Positions 55,598 to 64,000 of a stretch of DNA of 64,000 nt are shown piece after piece. This stretch comes from Bulinus truncatus (taxonomy: Eukaryota), in NCBI GenBank assembly GCA_021962125.1, contig JAGDYQ010000002.1, positions 20,986,893-21,050,892 of the forward strand, given 5' to 3'. How positions within the stretch are numbered: the stretch's first letter is position 1; each line of letters starts with the position of its first letter. Position numbers and translations under genes: made by a program. The notes beneath the pieces were generated by a model. That model had not been told where the DNA came from. It saw only the letters and a program-made list of their open reading frames with translations, and ran no database searches.

Positions 55598-56400
55598 GGA
55601 GGGAGAGAGATAAAGAGAGAGAGAGGGGGGGGCAGGAGGAGAGAGAGAGGAAAGGGAGGGTAGGAGGGAGGGAAGGAGGGGGATAGAGGGAGGGAGGGGG
55701 ATGGATGGGGGGAGAAAAGGAGGGGGAGAGAGGGAGATGGGGGAAGAGGGAGATGGGAGAGGGAGTAGGGGGAGATGGAGAGAGAAAGGAAGGGAGGGGA
55801 GAGAGGGGGTAGGGAGGGAGAGAGAGGGGGAGGGAGGGAGAGAGAGAGGGTGGGAGAGAGGGAGGGGGAGAGAGATAAAGAGTGAGGGGGCAGGGAGGGA
55901 GAGAGAGGGAATGAGGGAGGGAGGAAGGGGGAGAGGGGGGGAGAGAGAGAGGTGGAAAGGGCAGGGAGGGAGAAAAGGGGAGAGAGGGAGATGGGAGAGG
56001 GAGCAGGGGGAGAGGGAGATGAGAGAGGGAGTAGGGGGAGATGGAGAGAGAAAGGAAGGGAGGGAGAGAGGGGGTAGGGAGAGAGAGAGGGGGGGAGGGA
56101 GAGAGAGAGGGTGGGAGAGAGGGAGGGAGAGAGAGATAAAGACTGAGGGGGGCAGGGAGGGAGAGAGAGGGAATGAGGGAGGGAGGAAGGGGGAGAGAGG
56201 GGGAGGGAGAGAGAGAGGTGGAAAGGGGAGGGAGGGAGAAAGGAGGGAGAGAGGGGTTAGGGAGGGAGAGAGGGGAGGGAAGGAGAGAGGGAGATGGGGG
56301 AGAGAGGGAGATGGGAGAGAGATGGGAGGAGAGGGAGGGAGGGAAAGGGGAGAGAGGGGGAGGGAGGGAGAGAGAGAGGAAGGGAGAGAGGGGTTAGGGA
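55561..56400. repeat. Purine-rich (GA)n/(GGGAGR)n satellite
   Basis: Direct reading. Source of spurious ORFs 55701..56435(+), 56173..56397(+) and 56257..56592(-). Confidence 0.95.
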
Positions 56401-56458
56401 GAAAACAGAAGGTAAAACATAAAGCTTTATTTTAAACCCGGCCGGGTACTTGCAACTA

Positions 56459-56460
<2 letters not shown>

Positions 56461-56525
<65 letters not shown>
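56461..56525. repeat. (TA)32 microsatellite
   Basis: Direct reading. Confidence 0.95.
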
Positions 56526-56529
<4 letters not shown>

Positions 56530-58304
56530 CGGCTTTATACGGCATTCAGGTATTATTGAAAACGGGGTGAAATTCAATTTTGTAACCTCCAAATTTACCT
56601 TAGCTTAGGGCACCCGAAAATGGAAGAGCAGACTTAATTTTTTTTTATCTTTAGTATTATACTTATGTTATGTCTTATTCTTATAAATAAAATTCTCATG
56701 CTGTAATATCACATTTATTTTAACCCACCTGGAGTAATATTTGGGTCAACTTGACATAATAGCTGACCTCTTTGACATGAGCTGATGATTACAAATGAAA
56801 TGTTATTAAGGAAACCACCTAACTGGTTTTACAGTAGAAATAACATTCTAAAAGAAACAGCAATAACAACAACAAAACAATGAAAATACCATTGACATAT
56901 CATTTGTTGACTAATTACTTAAATATCTTAAGAGATGTTATGGCTAACAGTGGACAGCGGACAATTGTAATTATATGACTTGACACTCTGACCGTTGAAA
57001 GGCAGACGATATATTTAGGACAGATATGATATGCCATATTGATTAGTTTAGTGACGCATTTGACAGCTTGTTACATTTGTTAGATGGCGGGAACAGAGGA
57101 CAGAGTAGGAACAGCTCGTGCCTGGCAGACGAATGTCGGTCCTGCTGCAGAGGCGCACTAATGTAATTTGTTGAGGCAGAGGCGGGCACCAGTGTGTGGG
57201 AGCTCTTGAGTCTGGTTTTTTTTACAGCTTGATGATTAGATAATTTTTTCAAGTGGGGATTACCCTCAAGCGCGGATTCCGTGGCGATTGCTTTACTTTC
57301 CACATTCAAAGGCAACTATTGTCAAAGGCCCCGGCGCACCACCACACCATTTAATCCGCCTATGGCTTAGTAAAATTATATAATGATAGAAGTACTGTCA
57401 ACGATATGCAGTAATGAAACATTACAAAATACTATTTGGTAAATAAAATTCGTAATATTATAAAATGTTCCTTCATCTTGGATTTATGCAATTTTGTTGA
57501 AGCGAAAAATGGCAACCATGGGCGAAGTGGCCTAAGCTGACCTGAATAGCATTGGTCATTGGGCTCTTGGGTAGGGAGATAATTATATTAATACACAATT
57601 TTTTTTTAAGACATAAAGTTCAATCAATAAAAATGTTATTACATGGGATCGTATGTGAAGTATTATAATAGTCGACTCGTTTATTATAACATGTTAAACC
57701 TTTAACTTAACTAATTACATAAACTTTAAAAAAGGAGCAGAAATCCCACTAAAGTTTAATGGAAATCGCGCAAACTAGCGGGGAAACAGGAAACGTCTTC
57801 ATTTTTGAGTACTTTCGTACAACTGCTCGTTGTGGACTTTTATGAGCCAGCACGTCCCTGACATGGCTAGCGCTTAACCAGCCCTTGGTGAATCTGCTCT
57901 TAATAAAAAGATGAGCATAAAGGTGAATTAAAGTTGGTTGAGGCCCCGGGCCTAATATTTGGAAAATTGTGGGCCTTTTGAAAAAAAAAGCGATAGGGAA
58001 CATAATCAATTAGGTGTGAGGTTAGGGCTCTGCATTGGCCCTTCGTAGTCGGGATCCAGGGTGCGCGCCCTGTGCAACGGCTGTTAAATCCCACCCTGAG
58101 CCTATTCATATACTTCATCAAGAATGTCGTCTGCTGCACTCCATGAATTATATTGCATTTATAATTATACAACGGATTCCACCCAGTTAAAAGTTGGTCT
58201 ATTTCTTTGAAATGAGTTATGATTGTGCCAAGCACAAACAACCGCCAGCTTCCCACACACAAACATGCGTAATTGACTATCCACTGGTTTACCAACCGGC
58301 ATAC

Positions 58305-58442
58305 CATTGCTGACAGTTTTCCATTGCCAACGTTTCTCCTTCACCCAAAACCTGGCCATCATCCGTGATGCAGATACAGTCTGTCACGTTGCACTGTTTA
58401 GTCTCAACTTGTCGAACATAACAGTTTTGGTTGTGCCAGAAT
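58305..58442 (-). CDS. Mucin/SCO-spondin-like exon: end of a TSR plus start of a TIL/VWC-like module (FWHNQNCYVRQVETKQCNVTDCICITDDGQVLGEGETLAMENCQQ)
   Basis: Acceptor tatttttcag|, donor |gtatgc; only the phase-2-in frame is open. The downstream partner exon is not identified. Confidence 0.55.
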
Positions 58443-58569
58443 CTGAAAAATAAGATAATTATGAACAGTGCAAACTCTTTACTAGTTTAGACAGCAAAAC
58501 GTATTTGTAAATACCCAAAAAAAGACAACATATTTTCATTTTAATGACAATGTGTAGTTTGACACAAGT

Positions 58570-58740
58570 TCCCAGGATATTATTTCACTCCCTACCATAG
58601 CCGACAGCGGGGACTTCATGACTTGAATTATCCATTGGACCTCATCGGGGATCGTACCTAGGGTCAACAGGTCGACAGTCGAGCGCTTTTGCACACGACA
58701 ATCCGACAATCCGTCTCATGGTGCTATTGAAAACAGCACT
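58570..58740 (-). mobile_element. tRNA-derived SINE, family copy 6 (minus)
   Basis: ccatagccgacagcgggg..ggatcgtacctagggtcaacaggtcgacagtcgagcgcttttgcacacgacaatccg. Confidence 0.75.
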
Positions 58741-59124
58741 CAATTGCACACACGGTGGGTGCTATTGGTGCCATAACATTCGACCAATTCCTAAAAAAAA
58801 ACATGGAGGCGGATTTAAGCTCGCCTTTCGACCTGAATGTCCCCGAGTAGCTCCCCTCCATAAGACCCGGGATTTCTTTATTTAGGTCCGGGTGATAGTT
58901 AACAAGTCCACCTTGCTTAAAAATTGGTAAATGGAATTAGAAAAGTAACGGCGTCTGCTCATTATGCTAGTCACATGTCTGCCGTGGTGACCTCATTAAA
59001 ATTACACTCTCTGTTATGATGGGGGATGAAAGAAGAGCACTTCAAAAAAAAAAACCGTCCAGAAAGTTGCTTTTATGGTCTAAGAGATGAGCACCTCATC
59101 CTTGCAGGTCTTCTTCATGTTTCG

Positions 59125-59445
59125 ATACAGTCCTACTTGATATATTAATACAGGCCTACTTCATATTTTAATACAGGCCTACTTCATATTTTAATACAGG
59201 CCTACTTCATATTTTAATACAGGCCTACTTCATATTTTAATACAGGCCTACTTCATATTTTAATACAGGCCTACTTCATATTTTAATACAGGCCTACTTC
59301 ATATTTTAATACAGGCCTACTTGATATATTAATACAGGCCTACTTCATATTTTAATACAAGCCTATATCATATTTTAATACAGGCCTACTTGATATATTA
59401 ATACAGGCCTACTTGATATTTTAATACAGGCCTACTTCATATTTT
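59125..59445. repeat. 23-bp minisatellite (tacttcatattttaatacaggcc)n x13-14
   Basis: Direct reading. Confidence 0.9.
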
Positions 59446-59522
59446 CGTCTTCGTTTTTAATCTACCCAATACAGAATAATTTATTTTCAATTAAGCATGG
59501 ACAAAAATACTATATATAAAAC

Positions 59523-59614
59523 TGGCCTATGTCTAGTTGATGTGCCCGCCCCACACAGTGCAGAGCAGTCAGACCACTGGGACCAGTGCCCAGCATCAAA
59601 GGTTGTAGTCAGTT
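59523..59614 (-). CDS. Mucin/SCO-spondin-like TSR exon (LTTTFDAGHWSQWSDCSALCGAGTSTRHRP); 3' boundary uncertain
   Basis: ORF 59487..59837(-) frame; acceptor tgtttcag| at 59615-16; only weak donors (|gtttta at 59522 or |gtattt further downstream). Confidence 0.55.
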
Positions 59615-59884
59615 CTGAAACAAAAACAAACCAAAACAAATATAAGTGAATAATATGACAGCCAAAATCAAAATAATAATTGTGCATTAAACTCTGTGTG
59701 TTTTCTAAAATACACTTTGATGTGAGAAGTAAAGAAATTTTTTGCGTCTGAAAGTCATCGATAGTTATAAAAACAATAACATATAACTGGAAACAATAAT
59801 GACAATGAAAATACTTAAACGAAATGTAAACACACAAGGATAAATAAAATATGACGCATGCGCAACGCTAAGTGAAATACGCAC

Positions 59885-59937
59885 CAGGTGGCACTGTTGT
59901 CATCTCTTGACATTTAGCTCCTGTATCAGTACACTTG
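59885..59937 (-). CDS. Mucin/SCO-spondin-like short Cys-containing exon (KCTDTGAKCQEMTTVPP)
   Basis: Acceptor tttggcag|; donor G|gtgcgt chosen for phase compatibility with the TSR exon downstream; the upstream junction rebuilds a Cys codon. Confidence 0.5.
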
Positions 59938-60026
59938 CTGCCAAATTGAAAGAAAAAAAGTATTTGTTTTGGTTTTTATGCAACAGATATTAAATTCTAT
60001 AATTTCAATCCCACTATAAATTGATG

Positions 60027-60030
<4 letters not shown>

Positions 60031-60082
<52 letters not shown>
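60031..60082. repeat. (TA)n microsatellite
   Basis: Direct reading. Confidence 0.95.
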
Positions 60083-60084
<2 letters not shown>

Positions 60085-60637
60085 CTACACAAATTCTATA
60101 TACCTGTCTGTCTATAAATATATATAAAGGCTATACAAATTCTATATACCTGTCTGTCTATAAAATAAATATATAGGCTATACACATTCTATATACCAGT
60201 CCTCCTCTTGATGTTTGTGTATGTTCAGATATTGAATTAGCACGACTGAGACCCAGAGCATTATGGGCCTCATTTCAAAAGAGAGAGAATAATAATAAAT
60301 ATAAACGATACAGGTTTGAGGTTGTTGTTTTTAGGGAGCTTTCTGGGGCCATGGGACCAAGAGAACGCGCCTGGTGGATCAATTGTTAAAACGGCAACTG
60401 AACAACTGAATTTGTCCGGAGTGTCTGTCTTAAAACAGCTTATCTATTCTGCCGTCCATGAATGTTATTTTTGTTGATCTACAGGCCTAGCTGTTAAAGT
60501 GGTCGTTTGAAAAATGCACATTTAAAAAAAAAATGTTTTTCCCCAAGATACTTCTCCCCCCTCGCCCCATGTGGTGTTGGTGTGTGTGTTTCAAATGTTA
60601 TGATACCTATGACCTTGGTAACTGTTTCAGCGCTCAC

Positions 60638-60776
60638 CAAATTTCACAACTAGTCTGGTCAATGTAAGTTGTGTTGTACAGTTTTTCTTGGCCTCTGGCA
60701 TCGTAGCACGGGCACTGATCTCTGGGGTTACAGTGACCTTCGTCGTCCATGAACTGCTCTGGCGGGCACTGGCACC
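60638..60776 (-). CDS. Mucin/SCO-spondin-like TIL-type exon (CQCPPEQFMDDEGHCNPRDQCPCYDARGQEKLYNTTYIDQTSCEI)
   Basis: Minus-strand frame distinct from the listed ORF 60627..60875; acceptor caatttaag|, donor |gtgagc; phase 1 in, 2 out. Confidence 0.7.
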
Positions 60777-61119
60777 CTTAAATTGACACGACCAGGAGAA
60801 GGGAGACACGTAATTTAGAATATTTGAAATGAGATAACTACAAACAAACAAACAAATAGACAAACATACAAACAATTAATCTGTGTGCACTGTTATGAGG
60901 TGCCGCTAAAGCTTAAAAGAATTATGAATTGAAATAAATATAATTGAGTCGAAATATTGCTGTTATTCAAAAAGTAAATGAATTCTGAAAATTATAAAAT
61001 CAAAGTAAGTAATTAAAGTTGACACATTACGCCTGACACATATAATAATATTTACATTGGAATAAAATGTTTCCAGAAAAAAAACCCTCATTTTACTGAG
61101 CTCACATATATAAGACGTC

Positions 61120-61690
61120 TTCTGACGTCTAGCATGGTACGTACCACAAATTAGATATACTTTGTATATAATGGTATGTCCTCACCTTCATGACATTGGT
61201 CCTCCTTCTGACATTCGACACTAGCATGGTACGTACCACAAATTTGATATCCATTGTATATAATGGTATGTCCTCACCTTCATGACATTGGTCCTCCTTC
61301 TGACATTCGACACTAGCATGGTACGTACCACAAATTTCATATACATTGTGTATAATGGTATGTCCTCACCTTCATGACATTGGTCCTCCTTCTGACATTC
61401 GACACTAGCATGGTACGTACCACAAATTTCATATACATTGTGTATAATGGTATGTCCTCACCTTCATGACATTGGTCCTCCTTCTGACATTCGACACTAG
61501 CATGGTACGTACCACAAATTTGATACCCATTGTATATAATGGTATGTCGTCACCTTCATGACATTGGTCCTCCTTCTGACATTCGACACTAGCATGGTAC
61601 GTACCACAAATTTCATATCCATTGTATATAATTGTATGTCCTCACCGTCATGACATTGTTCCTCCTTCTGACATTCGACCCTAGCGCGGT
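61120..61690. repeat. 92-bp tandem repeat x6 that reiterates the 3' end of the adjacent Cys-rich exon (VECQKEDQCHE) together with its gtgagg donor
   Basis: Unit tagtgtcgaatgtcagaaggaggaccaatgtcatgaag|gtgaggacataccattatatacaatggatatcaaatttgtggtacgtaccatgc (minus sense); starts at about 61130, 61215, 61315, 61405, 61497, 61590. Confidence 0.85.
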
Positions 61691-61756
61691 AAGCTCGGCA
61701 ACTTTGTTCGCAGGGTCGGTGACAAGGTGTACACGTTTGGGGAGGCTCACACGGAC
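61646..61756 (-). CDS. Mucin/SCO-spondin-like Cys-rich exon (PCEPPQTCTPCHRPCEQSCRAYRARVECQKEEQCHD)
   Basis: Minus-strand frame distinct from ORF 61613..61822; acceptor ttgaacag|, donor |gtgagg; phase 1/1. The junction with the PTS exon rebuilds a TGT Cys codon. Confidence 0.65.
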
Positions 61757-62183
61757 CTGTTCAATTAGAATTAGATGTTGATTAATTACATCTTTAAAAA
61801 AAAACAACAGAACATGCTCCAACAGTTGAATTCAAATGTTACATCAGCGGTAAATAGCACGAACTCACACATAATTGACACATGTCAAAAACACATAACG
61901 GACACATTCACTTAAATAATGTTATATTAAATGTCAGAAACAGTACTGAAAAAAAATATAACAATTATATATAAATATATAAAAGCGATTAGGACTCTGT
62001 GTCAATTCGAAAGTAAAGAATTAATGAACAGTTTTTCCAGTTTAAAATACAATCATGACAAAATCGGACCTCCCCGAAACCAAAATAAAAAAATAACCTA
62101 GCCTACCGATCAAAGCTAAGGGGATATAACTTTATGCAAAGGTTTTGCAGGGTACAGCTAGTTATAAATATAAGAGAACTTAC

Positions 62184-64000
62184 AAGATGTGGATGAGGAC
62201 GTTGTCTCCTGTTCAACTGGGTTAATTGAGGTCATGACAGTACTGTTAGCAATCAATGACAAGTAAGTAGCTGAAGCGACAGATATTGGACCGATGGTTT
62301 CCCTTACAGTTACGTTGGGTGTCATGTAAGCTGCTGGGGTAGAGTGAGCCGTTGTGAAATATGGGCTCAAAGTGAATGACTCGCTGGTGTTTGGCCCTAC
62401 CATGTTGACTGTCGACTCTATTTCAGAGCGACCAGTGGAGTGACTGAGAGTCAATAGGTAGTACGATGGCTTCGTGGTGCTGGTGTTAAGAATGGGGCTA
62501 ATTTCAGTGGGTTTGTAAATATTTTGTGTATAGCTGGCAGTCGACCACAGCGGTTCAGATGAGTTGTTTGTTGAAGTAGTTGTTTCTATCCTCTCAATAG
62601 ATGGTGTACTTGCTTCTTCAGTTGATGTTTCTGTCCTCTCAATAGATGGTGTACTTGCTTCTTCAGTTGATGTTTCTGTCCTCTCAATAGATGGTGTACT
62701 TGCTTCTTCAGTAGTTTTTTCTGTCGTCTCAATAGATGTTGTACTTGCTTCTTCAGTTGATGTTTCTGCCGTCTCAATAGATGATGCACTTGCTTCTTCA
62801 GTTGATGTTTCTGTTCTCTCAATAGATGGTGTACTTGCTTCTTCAGTTGATGTTTCTGTCCTCTCAATAGATGGTGTACTTGCTTCTTCAGTAGTTTTTT
62901 CTGTCGTCTCAATAGATGTTGTACTTGCTTCTTCAGTTGATGTTTCTGCCGTCTCAATAGATGATGCACTTGCTTCTTCAGTTGATGTTTCTGTTCTCTC
63001 AATAGATGGTGTACTTGCTTCTTCAGTTGATGTTTCTGTCGTCTCAATAGATGATGTACTTGCTTCTTCAGTTGATGTTTCTGTCGTCTCCACATATGGT
63101 GCACTTGCTTCTTCAGTTGATGTTTCTGCCGTCTCAATAGATGATGTTCTTGCTTCTTCAGTTGATGTTTCGTTCGTCTCAACATATGGTGCACTTGCTT
63201 CTTCAGTTGATGTTTCTGTTCTCTCAATAGATGGTGTACTTGCTTCTTCAGTTGATGTTTCTGTTCTCTCAATAGATGGTGTACTTGCTTCTTCAGTTGA
63301 TGTTTCTGTCGTCTCAATAAATGATGTACTTGCTTCTTCAGTTGATGTTTCTGTCGTCTCCACATATGGTGCACTTGCTTCTTCAGTTGATGTTTCTGTT
63401 CTCTCAATAGATGGTGTACTTGCTTCTTCAGTTGATGTTTCTGCCGTCTCAATAGATGATGTTCTTGCTTCTTCAGTTGATGTTTCGTTCGTCTCAACAT
63501 ATGGTGCACTTGCTTCTTCAGTTGATGTTTCTGTTCTCTCAATAGATGGTGTACTTGCTTCTTCAGTTGATGTTTCTGTTCTCTCAATAGATGATGTACT
63601 TGCTTCTTCAGTTGATGTTTCTGTCGTCTCAATAGATGGTGTACTTGCTTCTTTATTAGTTGTTTCTGTCGTCTCAATAGATGGTGTACTTGCTTCTTCA
63701 GTTGATGTTTCTGCCGTCTCAATAGATGATGTACTTGCTTCTTCAGTTGATGTTTCTGTCGTCTCAATAGATGGTGTACTTGCTTCTTTATTAGTTGTTT
63801 CTGTCGTCTCAATAGATGGTGTACTTGCTTCTTCAGTTGATGTTTCTGCCGTCTCAATAGATGATGTACTTGCTTCTTCAGTTGATGTTTCTGTCGTCTC
63901 AACATATGGTGCACTTGCTTCTTCAGTTGATGTTTCTGTTCTCCCAATAGATGGTGTACTTGCTTCTTCAGTTGATGTTTCTGTCGTCTCTATAGATGAT
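62184..64000 (-). CDS. Mucin/SCO-spondin-like giant exon: Thr/Ser/Glu-rich PTS domain encoded by 45-bp tandem repeats (15-aa unit IETTETSTEEASTPS), followed by a Ser/Thr-rich unique tail; continues 5' beyond the window
   Basis: ORF 62158..63363(-) is the T/S/E frame; donor T|gtaagt at 62183; about 32 units of exact 45-bp period between 62560 and 64000. Confidence 0.75.
62560..64000. repeat. 45-bp coding minisatellite (32 or more units, period exactly 45 bp)
   Basis: ctctcaatag recurs at 62591, 62636, 62681 and so on; unit variants differ at a few positions (ctctc/cgtctc, ggtgta/gatgca). Confidence 0.95.

Larger units (their letters stand above)
55130..56460. repeat. Composite repeat block, copy 2 (see 14160-15050). 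It contains the longest purine-rich (GGGAGR)n satellite, about 840 bp at 55561-56400.
   Basis: 55130-55300 matches 14160-14520 apart from the nested MITE; 56430-56460 aaacccggccgggtacttgcaactagt matches 15010-15045. Confidence 0.7.
49119..64000 (-). other. Gene span within window: secreted mucin/SCO-spondin-like protein (PTS tandem repeats, Cys-rich, TIL, TSR x4 or more, TIL, C-terminal cystine knot); 5' end beyond window
   Basis: Minus-strand exon chain. Junction codons reconstitute Cys at the PTS/Cys-rich, second-TIL/Cys-rich-fragment, TSR/TSR and TSR/TSR exon junctions. Stop at 49119-21; AATAAA about 20 nt downstream. Phase break between 54848 and 58305 means unidentified exons there, or possibly two separate genes. 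Confidence 0.7.

Noticed and set aside
55701-56435. 244-aa plus-strand ORF (Gly/Arg/Glu-rich) and overlapping ORFs 56173..56397(+) and 56257..56592(-)
   Set aside because: These are translations of the (GGGAGR)n purine satellite and the (TA)n run. They have no splice signals and no start context. The same artefact appears at 14677..14958(+), 14680..14868(-), 14687..14899(+), 14702..14884(-), 15203..15433(-) and 15261..15461(-).
58305-58442. Extending the 58305-58442 exon (end of a TSR plus start of a TIL/VWC-like module) into ORF 57900..58307 (..NSRCTGRAPWIPTTKGQCRAL..) as the next TIL half
   Set aside because: A phase-2 acceptor at tttaacag|ccgttgc would rebuild a Cys codon, but no usable donor follows and the peptide is not clearly TIL-like. 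Left unannotated and flagged as unresolved.
61120-61690. CRISPR-like array (regular direct repeats)
   Set aside because: Eukaryotic context. Units are contiguous 92-bp tandem repeats with no unique spacers, and they derive from an exon/intron boundary.
62586-63947. 453-aa minus-strand ORF (HQLKKQVHHLLRRQK repeats)
   Set aside because: It is an alternative reading frame of the 45-bp coding minisatellite. The Thr/Ser/Glu frame (ORF 62158..63363) connects by phase to the downstream Cys-rich exon through a GTAAGT donor. The HQLKK frame has no such continuity.

Overview
This 64-kb window is AT-rich, intron-dense eukaryotic nuclear DNA, most likely from an invertebrate metazoan with TTAGGG-type telomere repeats. 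It carries no prokaryotic operon, CRISPR array or defence island. I read splice sites directly from the sequence and checked them by codon phase across junctions. Three multi-exon protein-coding genes emerge.

(1) Minus strand, 69..13380: an attractin/MEGF8-family gene. It encodes a signal peptide, EGF, CUB, two EGF, seven Kelch repeats, five consecutive PSI domains and two laminin-type EGF. I place 18 exons, all of whose phases chain. The 3' end lies beyond the window start.

(2) Plus strand, 16266..47736: a complete homologue of telomerase-associated protein 1 (TEP1, the vault/telomerase component). Domain order is N-terminal Ser/Leu repeats, TROVE with a vWA-like part, DUF4062, a NACHT P-loop NTPase, and about 20 WD40 repeats. 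It spans about 55 exons, with ATG at 16266 and TAG at 47734-36.

(3) Minus strand, 49119..>64000: a secreted mucin/SCO-spondin-like gene. It ends in a C-terminal cystine knot and contains TIL and thrombospondin type-1 (TSR) exons, a Cys-rich exon, and a very large exon made of 45-bp tandem repeats encoding a 15-aa Thr/Ser/Glu-rich PTS unit. That exon runs off the window end. Several exon junctions in this gene rebuild Cys codons across the splice.

The remainder is dense with mobile and repetitive DNA:
- an internally deleted hAT transposon (50246-52819) with a perfect 8-bp target-site duplication (TSD) and transposase remnants;
- a 1.7-kb MULE-like element with long terminal inverted repeats (TIRs) in a TEP1 intron;
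- a TIR-flanked non-autonomous element (MITE) carrying degenerate TTAGGG/TTAGGGA telomere-like arrays 3.5 kb upstream of the TEP1 gene;
- a CAGTGGCG-type G-tract MITE family with 8-bp TSDs;
- at least six copies of one tRNA-derived SINE family, including an inverted pair in a TEP1 intron;
- a composite repeat present twice, each copy with a long purine-rich (GGGAGR)n satellite;
- many minisatellites and microsatellites.

All coordinates come from manual reading and may be off by a few bp. Domain names are assigned by recognising motifs, not by database search.
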